DNA of 56,292 bases from NCBI GenBank assembly GCA_002455835.1, contig DKLW01000032.1, positions 1 to 56,292 of the forward strand. Reading direction: 5' to 3'. Positions 1 through 12,840 of this stretch are shown piece by piece. Position numbers and translations under genes: made by a program. The DNA comes from Fidelibacterota bacterium UBA6630 (lineage in GTDB: Bacteria > Fidelibacterota > Marinisomatia > Marinisomatales > TCS55). Position 1 is the stretch's first letter, and each line of letters begins with the position of its first letter. The notes under the pieces were generated by a model. That model was not told where the DNA came from and searched no databases. It worked only from the letters and a program-made list of their open reading frames with translations.

Positions 1-320
1 CGATGAATCGTTGGCACTTCTTTGCTGGTGGACCAATTGGGAGGAACCGGAAGCCTGTCAGACCAAGTTTTTCCACCATCTTCACTCCGTTTATAAACAA
101 TCTCTTCTTTACCGTGGCCTTTGGGATAAACAGTCAAAATGGTTTGACCATCTTCCAATAATACTGTAGTGGGATGACCCAAGTAAACACCCTCTTTCTG
201 ATCTACGATAGTTTGAAGATCGGTGCGATTGTCTAAATCAATGGTTGGGATAGAAAAAGGAATTATCTCTGAACTGGATAAAATAGATATTTGAGTTAGT
301 ATTATAATAAATTTTCTCAT
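1..320 (-). CDS. BNR/Asp-box sialidase-like glycoside hydrolase, N-terminal part only (the gene continues past the window start)
   Basis: Partial, so absent from the ORF track. ATG at 320 on the minus strand. Translation MRKFIIILTQISILSSSEIIPF...YLGHPTTVLLEDGQTILTVYPKGHGKEEIVYKRSEDGGKTWSDRLP has a signal-like N-terminus and one Asp-box (SEDGGKTW). Its start overlaps the upstream stop as ATGA (317-320). Confidence 0.6.
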   Translation of the reverse strand, partial: MRKFIIILTQISILSSSEIIPFSIPTIDLDNRTDLQTIVDQKEGVYLGHPTTVLLEDGQTILTVYPKGHGKEEIVYKRSEDGGKTWSDRLPVPPNWSTSKEVPTIH

Positions 321-1360
321 CTTAAAATAAATCCGTCCTTTAAGGGGTCACTTGGATTGATCCAAAATGTATTTTTACTAGTTATAAATGCATCTCCTTT
401 TACTTCCGGTATAACTGCTTCGTATAATCCCATGGTGGTGGTTGCCATCACCTTCACAGAAAAGGTTGAACCAATTATACTTTCGATTGTAATGGATTCA
501 TTTATACCAATCTCACCACGGGCATGATGGATAGCCGCTCTAGCGCTCACACCAGTCCCTGTTGGACTTCGATCCATTTCCCCTTCTGCAAAAATGCAAA
601 CATTCCTACTGTGATGTTTAGGGCTTTGGGGCGGAGATATGAAAATAGTTCCATATAAAAAATTCATTTCCTGCTCAAATGGATGATTCATTTCAACTGA
701 ATCCATGATGGCTCGTTTAATTTTCATTCCTGTTTTAATGAGTTGATTTTGATCTTTTTCAGTGCAGCTCAATCCAACTTGATCCACATCCACAAACGCA
801 TAAAATGCACCGCCAAAAGCAAGGTCATATTGGATGGTTCCAAGCCCGGAAACATCCACGGTTGCATTTAATTGTTGAACAAAAGATTGCACGTTGGTAA
901 ATCCAACGCCAGTGATTTCACCATTTTCAACTTCCGCATAGGATTCAATATAGCCGGAAGGTACATCCATTCCTATTTTTGTGATGGGTTCTATTTTTGG
1001 AATGAGTCCTGTTTCCACGAACACTTTTGTTAAAGCGATCACCGCATGGCCGCAACCGGTGGAATAACCTTCATTGTGGATAAAAATGACTCCAAAATGG
1101 GCCTCGGGTGTATCCGGTTCAACAATGATGGCGCCATACATATCGGCGTGACCTCGCGGCTCCCACATAATTGCTTTTCGAATTTCGTCGTGGTTTACAT
1201 TTGCATCCGCACGCTTTTCTAAAAGTGTTTTCCCTTTGAGTTTGGGGTAACCACAAATCACAATCCGTAAGGGTTCACCACTGGCGTGGGCATCTATAGT
1301 TTGAATCTCCCGCCAATTTGCAGGTGGAGACCAATCGGATAATTTTGAGATGTCAATCAT
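317..1360 (-). CDS. Proline racemase-family enzyme, trans-3-hydroxy-L-proline dehydratase type (Cys/Thr catalytic pair)
   Basis: Family motifs are present: NEGYSTGCGHAVIAL (first catalytic Cys) and MDRSPTGTGVSARAA (Thr where racemases/epimerases have the second Cys). The track start at 1375 is TTG. I prefer ATG at 1360 (MIDISKL...), 4 nt after the upstream stop. Confidence 0.8.
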   Translation of the reverse strand: MIDISKLSDWSPPANWREIQTIDAHASGEPLRIVICGYPKLKGKTLLEKRADANVNHDEIRKAIMWEPRGHADMYGAIIVEPDTPEAHFGVIFIHNEGYSTGCGHAVIALTKVFVETGLIPKIEPITKIGMDVPSGYIESYAEVENGEITGVGFTNVQSFVQQLNATVDVSGLGTIQYDLAFGGAFYAFVDVDQVGLSCTEKDQNQLIKTGMKIKRAIMDSVEMNHPFEQEMNFLYGTIFISPPQSPKHHSRNVCIFAEGEMDRSPTGTGVSARAAIHHARGEIGINESITIESIIGSTFSVKVMATTTMGLYEAVIPEVKGDAFITSKNTFWINPSDPLKDGFILR

Positions 1361-1364
1361 ATCC

Positions 1365-2948
1365 CTATTTCGCAATTATTGATAATATGAAATATATCCC
1401 AAATGTCACTCCAATTATCGCCATGGATGCATTCTTGGCTGATCCCCAAGGAGTCATATCCACAGGTGCAGGATCCCGTTGATCGCTGATGGCAATTTCT
1501 TCAGCAGTTTTGGGCTTTAATTTTCCAATCAATAGCATAACTAGAATAGAAGCGACAAAACTAATAAAATAGCCATGCAGCCAGTGCAGGTCCCCATCCC
1601 CATTGGCAAAGAATTGGGGTACATCTTTAATATTAACGAATGTGAAAAATGCGTAAGCCACCATTCCCACAATCATACCCAATTTGGCTGCAATCGCCGG
1701 TACACGTTTGGTGGTAATCCCTAACAAAAATATTCCAATGATGGGCACACTGTAGAGTCCATTCACTTTTTGAAGGTATTCAAATATAGACTGCATTTGA
1801 TCCAAGAGCGGGGCAATAAAAATCGACGCAATGGCCAATGCGATACCAAACTTTTTACCTGTGTAAACGATTTGATCTCCGCTGGCTTCTTTATTGATAT
1901 ATCCCTTGTAAAACTGGAGTGAAAATAGTGTAGATGCACTATTTAGCGCTGAATTGAAAGAACTTAAAATGGAACCCATCAGTACCGCTGCGAATAACCC
2001 CAAAGACCAATCTGGGAGGACATGACGAACGATAGCGCCGTAAACCTGATCTTGTTTGTCAATGGTCAAATCCGTCATATGGAGGGCAATGATTCCCGGA
2101 AGGCAAAGCATTATAGGGCCGACCAGTTTCATGCCGGATGCAAAAAGAACCCCCTTTTGTCCTTCCGCTAAACTTTTAGCTGCTATTGCCCGCTGGACGA
2201 TCACTTGGTTTGTAGACCAGTAAAAAACCTGAATAAACATCATGCCTGTAAAAAGGGTCGGCCAAGGAACGGAGACCGCATTGCCATCAATATTCGTATT
2301 CGTTAATGGCGTGAGATATTGGGGATTGTTTTCTTTCAGGGCAGCCAACCCTGCAAAGAATGAACCATCACCTAATGCGATCAACGCTAAGAGTGGGATT
2401 GCTAAACCACCAACCAATAAACCAATTCCATTGATGGTATCACTAACAGCTACCGATTTTAATCCCCCAAAAATGGCGTATGAGCTGCCCAAAATGCCGA
2501 TGGTGGCCACCACAAGCCATAATGGTATATTCAAATCAAACATACCGATTAATGCTAAAGATCCAGTATAAAGGACCACAGGCAAAAGGACTGTAACATA
2601 TCCAAAAAGAAATAAACCCGAAACCATTGAACGCGTAGTTTTGTCAAATCTTTTCTCAAGAAATGCTGGTGTGGTTGTAAACCCACTGGCGAGATATCGT
2701 GGTAAAAACACTAATGCTGTTGCAATCATAGCAAATGCGGCTAAGGCTTCCCATGCAATTCCCACCAATGCTTTATCTCCAAATACAGCTCCATTTAATC
2801 CCACCAATTGTTCTGTGGATAGATTGGTGAGCAATAGTGATCCTGCCACTACGGGCCATGCCAATGCGCGGCCGCCGGTGAAATATTCTTCGGTAGCATT
2901 ATCGGACTTTTTCATTTTATGGACGATTTGATAGGTAAAAAATCCCAC
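1365..2948 (-). CDS. Sodium:solute symporter family (SGLT-like) permease
   Basis: Multi-TM protein with an SSS/SGLT signature EEYFTGGRALAWPVVAGSLLLTNLSTEQLVGLNG. The first canonical start is GTG at 2948, but a TM1-like segment is encoded in frame upstream (see findings). Confidence 0.85.
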   Translation of the reverse strand: MGFFTYQIVHKMKKSDNATEEYFTGGRALAWPVVAGSLLLTNLSTEQLVGLNGAVFGDKALVGIAWEALAAFAMIATALVFLPRYLASGFTTTPAFLEKRFDKTTRSMVSGLFLFGYVTVLLPVVLYTGSLALIGMFDLNIPLWLVVATIGILGSSYAIFGGLKSVAVSDTINGIGLLVGGLAIPLLALIALGDGSFFAGLAALKENNPQYLTPLTNTNIDGNAVSVPWPTLFTGMMFIQVFYWSTNQVIVQRAIAAKSLAEGQKGVLFASGMKLVGPIMLCLPGIIALHMTDLTIDKQDQVYGAIVRHVLPDWSLGLFAAVLMGSILSSFNSALNSASTLFSLQFYKGYINKEASGDQIVYTGKKFGIALAIASIFIAPLLDQMQSIFEYLQKVNGLYSVPIIGIFLLGITTKRVPAIAAKLGMIVGMVAYAFFTFVNIKDVPQFFANGDGDLHWLHGYFISFVASILVMLLIGKLKPKTAEEIAISDQRDPAPVDMTPWGSAKNASMAIIGVTFGIYFILSIIAK

Positions 2949-3043
2949 GGCACCTGTAGCTAGAATGAATGAAATGATTGAAATGGTATTTATTATTTTA
3001 TCCTTAAGAGTTAGACCAAGAATAAGATATTTTTGGACTAGGT

Positions 3044-7482
<4,439 letters not shown>

Positions 7483-7490
7483 TTCAAGAT

Positions 7491-8489
7491 TCAATTTATG
7501 GTCACCACAATTTTAGATGATAAATATTCTTGGTCTTCTTTTTCTAATTTTCGTAATAACGCCCATGCTGGTGATTGTGATATGGATAAATATTTATTTT
7601 CGGGATATAGTTTCATCCGCCATGCGGCCATGGTTACGGATATACACAGACGAATACTCATTAAGTATATTGCTGATCTTAATTCGAAATCATTTAAAGG
7701 AAAATTTTCATGATATCCTTTCAATACCTTTCCCATAGAGTGGATAGGGTCGGCTGACCCTAAACCAACATAGGCCATACAGATGGCCGGTTCTGCTACT
7801 TGATATGAATATACCATATCTCCAAAGTCGATTATCCCCGTTGTATTGCCATCAGCATTCACCAGTACGTTATGGTCATTCCCATCATTATGAATGACCA
7901 TTTTTCTAAGATGCATTTCAATAGGAATGACTTGAGATTCATAAATATCTAAAAAGTGAGAAACTGTTTCTTGATCTGATTGATTTTCCAAATATTGGAG
8001 TCTGGATCGAATCAATTCGACCGATTGTGCATCCCAGTGAAATTTACGATCTGCTGCCTGATGGGAGAATCCTCCCAATGCACGATCAAGTCTGGCTAAA
8101 AATCGTCCGAGCTTTTCGAATGTATCATCATCTAAATATTGATCTTTTAAAAACTGGCCTTCCAAATATTCGAGTAATCGGACAAAATATTTTTGACCAT
8201 CTTTTTTAATGGTTTGGATCTCCCCAACCTGCACAGGGACGCCTATATCCGGATCATTGGATTTAATGTGTAATGTCGCCTCATTTTGCATTTCAAGTAT
8301 TTGCCAATCTTCAGCTGGATTCGAAACTTTCAGCACATATTTTTGACTATTATTAGCGGAGATAAAAAAATTTTGATCCCGGTCGCTGACCAAAGATTTT
8401 GCATTCCCAACGATATTAAATTGGGATAAAAGAATTTTTTCAACTTCTACATTAGAAAATGATGGAGGCGGCGTTTGAAATACAGACAT
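7491..8489 (-). CDS. Aminoglycoside-phosphotransferase-fold kinase, hydroxylysine kinase (HYKK/AGPHD1)-like
   Basis: APH/ChoK catalytic loop [13 protein letters not shown] and GIIDFGDM. C-terminal LYPENKYL resembles human HYKK YPENKDYL. Sits directly upstream of the AGXT2L-type lyase. Confidence 0.7.
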   Translation of the reverse strand: MSVFQTPPPSFSNVEVEKILLSQFNIVGNAKSLVSDRDQNFFISANNSQKYVLKVSNPAEDWQILEMQNEATLHIKSNDPDIGVPVQVGEIQTIKKDGQKYFVRLLEYLEGQFLKDQYLDDDTFEKLGRFLARLDRALGGFSHQAADRKFHWDAQSVELIRSRLQYLENQSDQETVSHFLDIYESQVIPIEMHLRKMVIHNDGNDHNVLVNADGNTTGIIDFGDMVYSYQVAEPAICMAYVGLGSADPIHSMGKVLKGYHENFPLNDFELRSAIYLMSIRLCISVTMAAWRMKLYPENKYLSISQSPAWALLRKLEKEDQEYLSSKIVVTIN

Positions 8490-8519
8490 GATGGTTTAAA
8501 ATTGGTTTAAGCACCGATA

Positions 8520-9347
8520 TTATGCTTTATAGATCAACAATTTGTACGATTTAAACTTAATAAAATTTTCACCCGTCAGTTTACCAGAGAACCAAACATG
8601 ATTAATACGGTTCAGTTTTTTTTGGAAATTCCATTTTATCAATTTTGTTAATTTTGGATATTTATAATTCAAATATCCCCCGGTCATTTCAGAAATGGGT
8701 TCGGCCACATCCGTTAACAGTTGATTAAGAAAGTCATATGTAGGTGCCGTTTGTTCGGTAATGTCCAATTCACAAGTCAGCTTTAAATTTGATTCTTCAA
8801 TGATTTTTTCAAAATAGTCCCAACGGTGTCCACCCCGCATTGGACTTTTCCCCGGGACATTTTTATGAAATACATCGCAGATTAACAGGTGTCCATTAGG
8901 GGATAATAACTTTTGAATCTTGGGAATAGATTTTTCCATGGGGATATATTGGAAACTTTCACTGAAAAGAATCAGGTCGTATGTTACGTTAGTTTCTACT
9001 GCTTCAAACTTGCAAATATGGATGGTTGAATTTTCATCCAATTTTTCCTTCACTCTTTCTGCCAAAAATTCACTGGGAATGACACAATCGACATGGTAAC
9101 CTAAACTGATCAATTTCTTCGCCAAGTTGCCCGAACCGCTTCCCACATCCAATATATTTTCAACACCTTCAGGAATGTGGTTAATAATGAGTTGAGAATG
9201 CCTTTGTTGTGCTTCAGCGAAATTTTGGGCGGTGGCGGTTTTTTCAAGAGGCCAATATCCATAGTGAAGATCTTCAGTTTTCATGAAGAACTTCCCGATT
9301 AGCAGGCCCACATCCAAACCGACTACTTTTGAATCATATTTACTCAT
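8520..9347 (-). CDS. Class I SAM-dependent methyltransferase
   Basis: Motif I ILDVGSGSGNLAKKL, an upstream DLHYGYW box, and post-I/II spacing typical of the Methyltransf_11/25 type. Confidence 0.75.
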   Translation of the reverse strand: MSKYDSKVVGLDVGLLIGKFFMKTEDLHYGYWPLEKTATAQNFAEAQQRHSQLIINHIPEGVENILDVGSGSGNLAKKLISLGYHVDCVIPSEFLAERVKEKLDENSTIHICKFEAVETNVTYDLILFSESFQYIPMEKSIPKIQKLLSPNGHLLICDVFHKNVPGKSPMRGGHRWDYFEKIIEESNLKLTCELDITEQTAPTYDFLNQLLTDVAEPISEMTGGYLNYKYPKLTKLIKWNFQKKLNRINHVWFSGKLTGENFIKFKSYKLLIYKA

Positions 9348-9528
9348 TTGATCTATACCGAATCTTCATTAAGAAAAATGAAGCGAGAAATTTCAAAATT
9401 GCAGTAATGGATTTTCCATCCCTGACAATTTATTGTATTTACTTTGAAAATTATTTGGTTGATGTCCCAATCTCTATTGATAATATCTTAATAAAATTAA
9501 TTCACCAAGGGGAAGGGACAAAAAAGAA

Positions 9529-9699
9529 TCAATCCAAAAATCGTGGTATAGTTAAATAAAGAACGGTGCCTGCAACCAGAGCAGTTACCCCTTTCAGTGC
9601 ACCAATATCTGTGGGAAATAAACCAGATTCCTGTAGCCATGAAATGATGGCAAACATAATCCCAAACGAGGAAAGGTAAAGCCAAATAATTTTACGCAT
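9529..9699 (-). CDS. Small (56 aa) predicted two-helix membrane protein, not in the ORF track
   Basis: Hand translation: MRKIIWLYLSSFGIMFAIISWLQESGLFPTDIGALKGVTALVAGTVLYLTIPRFLD, then TGA at 9529-9531. ATG at 9699 overlaps the pepP stop by 8 nt. Composition is far more protein-like than the listed 62-aa ORF 9497-9685 in another frame. Confidence 0.45.
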   Translation of the reverse strand: MRKIIWLYLSSFGIMFAIISWLQESGLFPTDIGALKGVTALVAGTVLYLTIPRFLD

Positions 9700-11068
9700 T
9701 ATTCCCTCCCATTACGGCTTCAATTTCTTCAATAGTTCGTGGTATATGAGGACCGAGAATACGATAGCCATCTTCAGTTATTAAAACATTATCCTCAATT
9801 CGGACGCCACCAAAATCGCGGTAAGAATCCAATGCATCATAATTGATAAATTCCATATGCTTTCCCTCATCTTTCCATTGGTCGATTAAATGAGGAATAA
9901 AATAAATGCCCGGTTCAACCGTGATTACAAAACCCGTTTTAAGATTTTTTGCCAGTCGTAAATAAGCCAAGCCAAATTGGTCGCTTCGATCATCCGCATC
10001 ATCATAACCAACCAAATCTTCCCCCAATCCTTCCATATCATGTACGTCTAGCCCTAGCATATGCCCTAATCCATGAGGGAAAAACAATGCATGAGCGCCT
10101 GCTTCTACTGCAGCCGAAGATTCACCCTTCATCAGTCCCAATCGCTTTAACCCCTTTACGGCGATGGTCGCTGCTTTTAAATGAGCGTTTTTATATGATT
10201 TTTCCGGAGCGCAAAAAGTAAATGCAGCCTCCTGCATATCATAAACGATATTGTAGATCTCTTTTTGTCTATCGGTGAATTGCCCTGATACTGGAAACGT
10301 CCGTGTGATATCACTGGCGTAGTGAAGTGGTGATTCAGCACCGGAATCATTTAATGCCAATTGGCCTTCAGCCATGATATTATTATATTCGTTCATATGA
10401 AGGATCTCTCCTCTTACTGAGAATATAACAGGATAAGCTAATCTTCTACCTTCAGTTAAGGCATGTCCTTCAATTTTGCCGACAATTGCTTGCTCGCTCA
10501 TGCCCGGATGTGTTGACTGCATGGCTATTTTATGACATTCAGCCGTGATTTGAAGAGCAGATTCAATTTCTGCAACTTCTTCTTCCGTTTTTATGGATCG
10601 CTGCTGAATAACCGATTGAATCAATGATTTTGAAGCACCATTTGATTGTCCATTTAATAATCGATCTACAAAAAGGTGTTGGTCACCTCGATAGCAAGGT
10701 AAATGATGAACTTGTTTTTTCTGAGTTTTTAAAAATGATTGGAGCTCCTCCAATGGCAAAAATTGATCGATACCTGCTGATTGCGCCATATCAGATATTT
10801 TGGTCCGTTCACCTTCCCAAACAATTTCATTCACTGTTAAATCATCACCAAACAAAATAGATTTTCCAGTTTTAACATCCATTACCAGATTCAAGTGAGG
10901 ATGATCCAATCCGCAGTAATATAAGAAATTGCTATCCTGGCGAAATCGAAGCCAGTTAGATGGATAATTCATGGGCACAGGATTATTCCCCGGTAATAAG
11001 ATTAATCCTTCATTGAGTTGTTCACAAAGGATTTTTCTTCGATTTTCATATGTATTTGCTGAAAACAT
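9692..11068 (-). CDS. pepP: Xaa-Pro aminopeptidase (M24B, aminopeptidase P family)
   Basis: AMP_N-type N-terminus (FRQDSNFLYYCGL) and M24B metal-ligand motifs HGLGHMLGLDVHD, VITVEPGIY, GGVRIEDNVLIT. Confidence 0.85.
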   Translation of the reverse strand: MFSANTYENRRKILCEQLNEGLILLPGNNPVPMNYPSNWLRFRQDSNFLYYCGLDHPHLNLVMDVKTGKSILFGDDLTVNEIVWEGERTKISDMAQSAGIDQFLPLEELQSFLKTQKKQVHHLPCYRGDQHLFVDRLLNGQSNGASKSLIQSVIQQRSIKTEEEVAEIESALQITAECHKIAMQSTHPGMSEQAIVGKIEGHALTEGRRLAYPVIFSVRGEILHMNEYNNIMAEGQLALNDSGAESPLHYASDITRTFPVSGQFTDRQKEIYNIVYDMQEAAFTFCAPEKSYKNAHLKAATIAVKGLKRLGLMKGESSAAVEAGAHALFFPHGLGHMLGLDVHDMEGLGEDLVGYDDADDRSDQFGLAYLRLAKNLKTGFVITVEPGIYFIPHLIDQWKDEGKHMEFINYDALDSYRDFGGVRIEDNVLITEDGYRILGPHIPRTIEEIEAVMGGNNA

Positions 11069-11150
11069 GTTTGCGAATTTAAAACGTCATTTTTCCTTAT
11101 TTGAATGATTTTTTACCCAGTTCAGTTTTTGTAGATATTTTGGTGACAAC

Positions 11151-11184
11151 TATATAAACATAATGTGTATATTATGTTTATATA
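11151..11184. promoter_or_regulatory. Perfect 14-bp inverted repeat with 6-nt spacer (candidate operator)
   Basis: TATATAAACATAAT-gtgtat-ATTATGTTTATATA. Lies 83-116 bp upstream of the pepP start, inside a roughly 430-bp AT-rich divergent intergenic region. Confidence 0.4.
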
Positions 11185-11440
11185 TTACATATTAATAAAT
11201 AATCAAGAGAGTATATTTATATGGAATTTATAATAAATATTGGTATAGAACTCTCTTTTTCTACTTGCTTTCACCATTATTATCACACATTGATAATAAT
11301 ACACATAATATGAATTGTTTTCAAAATGATATCCTGACAAACTTATGAATACGTTATTCGAAAGATAATGGTTACCGTAAGGCAATACCTGATATTTTGG
11401 AACTTTTATCTCATTCTCTATGTACAATCTACAAAACCAT

Positions 11441-11475
11441 GGAGGGAGTGCCAAAAGGCATTCCCTCTTTTTTTT
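11441..11475 (+). terminator. Strong intrinsic-terminator-like hairpin plus T8 inside the 5' leader of the 11500 gene
   Basis: GGAGGGAGTGCC-aaaa-GGCATTCCCTC (11 bp, one G-U) followed by TTTTTTTT. It ends 25 nt before the ATG at 11500. Nothing is coding on the plus strand upstream. Confidence 0.6.
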
Positions 11476-11499
11476 AACCCCAATACAAAGGAGCACGCC

Positions 11500-11904
11500 A
11501 TGCACCTAAATAAAACAGATGGATTAACTATTGGATTAATCACCATTGCCGGAATCGCAATTCTTGCGAATGGACTTCTTCGAAAGCCACCCGTAGAATT
11601 AACAGACCCATTTCAATATTCCGATGAGGTTGAATTAACTCTTGATATGCCGACAGATATAATGGCATTAGAAAAAGAAATTACATCTTCAGAAAAAACA
11701 GTAGAAATCAAAGTAAAATCACCTACGCTTCTCTCATTTTCAGAAGCATTCGCAGAAGCGCGACGTATGAGAGGTCCCGGTGCTATTTTTGAGTGGAATG
11801 GAAAATCCTACACTACCAGTTTAGCTGAAGAATTGGTAAATCCGAATGAGTCACTAGATTCAACACAAATATATCTTGTGATGAAACAAACACCCAATAA
11901 GTAA
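11500..11904 (+). CDS. Hypothetical N-terminally anchored protein (134 aa)
   Basis: ATG at 11500 is preceded by AAAGGAG (11487-11493) with a 6-nt spacer. One TM helix (GLTIGLITIAGIAILANGLL), then a soluble domain with the motif FSEAFAEARRMRGPGAIFEWNGKSYTT. The track's upstream extension (11368) runs through the terminator hairpin and is rejected. Confidence 0.6.
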   Translation: MHLNKTDGLTIGLITIAGIAILANGLLRKPPVELTDPFQYSDEVELTLDMPTDIMALEKEITSSEKTVEIKVKSPTLLSFSEAFAEARRMRGPGAIFEWNGKSYTTSLAEELVNPNESLDSTQIYLVMKQTPNK

Positions 11905-11915
11905 TCGGGAGCCAT

Positions 11916-11941
11916 GTAGAGGGGCAGTAATGTCCCTCTAC
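11916..11941. terminator. Hairpin between convergent genes, with no U-tract
   Basis: GTAGAGGG-gcagtaatgt-CCCTCTAC, 12 nt after the stop of the 11500-11904 gene. Confidence 0.3.
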
Positions 11942-12042
11942 AACCAACCTCCCTGAATCATATGATAAAACACATATATTACCACCATTCCAAAAATCAC
12001 AAATATAATCATCACAATTGTTTTGCCTGATATTTTCCTCAT
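11938..12042 (-). CDS. Possible 34-aa single-TM micro-protein
   Basis: ATG at 12042, 2 nt after the PAP2 stop. Hand translation: MRKISGKTIVMIIFVIFGMVVIYVFYHMIQGGWL. The stop lies in the hairpin stem. Could be spurious. Confidence 0.25.
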   Translation of the reverse strand: MRKISGKTIVMIIFVIFGMVVIYVFYHMIQGGWL

Positions 12043-12044
12043 AA

Positions 12045-12773
12045 TTAAAAATGCCAGACCAATTGAATCCGCGATTGATTGGCTAAGTGGTGTATGCTAA
12101 TTTTTCCACTCACATTATTTTGGTAGACTTGGGCAAACCCTTTTCCGATGGCCATACCCAAAGCTGCGCCAAATATGACATCGCTCACATAATGCTTATT
12201 ATCATGGATTCGACTTAATCCTGTAATGCACGCCAACGCATAAGCCGGCACACCCTTATTACTTCCATATATTTCCTGGGCGATAGTGGCAGTTAAAAAA
12301 CTATTTGATGTATGTCCGGATGGGAATGATCGTGTATTGGATTGGTCAGGCCGTTCCCTTCTCACTGCAAATTTCAATCCATACGTAATGATACCATTGG
12401 CAATAAAAGCATTCATTGCATATTCCAATTGGTTACTTTTCTCATCATTATTTAGAAAGGATCCCCACAATAGCAACTGACCTGTAATTCCCCAATAATC
12501 ACCAACCTTTGCCAATCCATTGGGCATCAGCCCATTGGATTGAACATTCGATTGGAAAGTTTGATCATATTGTGACGCAAGTCCACTACCAATTAATCCG
12601 CCGAGCAAAATCATCTGTAAATTAGGATTAGAAATCGTTTGAGACCATCCATCTGTAACAGAAGAAAATGAAATGGGCTGTCCATTAATTGACCCAATGA
12701 ATAAAAAATAGATCAATAGATGACTTCGGAATTTTAACCAATTATTCATAAAAGAAATTAAACGATCCAACAT
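12045..12773 (-). CDS. PAP2-family phosphatase (acid phosphatase / lipid or undecaprenyl-diphosphate phosphatase type)
   Basis: All three PAP2 motifs are present: KFAVRRERP, PSGHTS, SRIHDNKHYVSDV. Signal/anchor at the N-terminus. Confidence 0.85.
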   Translation of the reverse strand: MLDRLISFMNNWLKFRSHLLIYFLFIGSINGQPISFSSVTDGWSQTISNPNLQMILLGGLIGSGLASQYDQTFQSNVQSNGLMPNGLAKVGDYWGITGQLLLWGSFLNNDEKSNQLEYAMNAFIANGIITYGLKFAVRRERPDQSNTRSFPSGHTSNSFLTATIAQEIYGSNKGVPAYALACITGLSRIHDNKHYVSDVIFGAALGMAIGKGFAQVYQNNVSGKISIHHLANQSRIQLVWHF

Positions 12774-12792
12774 CTACTTTCACTTATGACTT

Positions 12793-12826
12793 ATATCGAA
12801 TTTTGAATAAGTTATTGATTCGATAT
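12793..12826. promoter_or_regulatory. 9-bp inverted repeat with 16-nt spacer in a divergent promoter region
   Basis: ATATCGAAT-n16-ATTCGATAT, between the PAP2 start (12773) and the lysA-like start (12841). Confidence 0.3.
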
Positions 12827-12840
12827 TTAAGGAAATTACT

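Noticed and set aside
2242-2931. Plus-strand ORFs 2242-2571 and 2641-2931 (109 and 96 aa) inside the symporter gene
   Set aside because: These are antisense shadow ORFs of a well-supported membrane-protein gene with low-complexity, Pro/Asn-rich translations. The same reasoning applies to all other listed ORFs nested antisense or out of frame inside the large CDSs (for example 3238-3568, 5302-5631, 6527-6838, 14320-14655, 36808-37092, 38007-38333, 40192-40521, 42670-43017, 43120-43836, 45303-45710, 46868-47149, 50621-50902, 53321-53659, 54004-54306 and 55752-56075).
9497-9685. Listed 62-aa minus-strand ORF (and plus-strand 9329-9559) in the gap after pepP
   Set aside because: The translation is Cys/His/Trp-rich and unprotein-like. 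A different frame over the same DNA gives a clean two-helix membrane protein with a coupled start (9529-9699), which I prefer.
11203-11505. 100-aa minus-strand ORF, and the 44-codon N-terminal extension (11368-11499) of the plus-strand gene, in the AT-rich intergenic region
   Set aside because: Both have AT-driven Tyr/Asn/Ile-rich composition and no motifs. The plus-strand extension would have to be translated through a strong terminator hairpin, whereas ATG at 11500 has a good SD.
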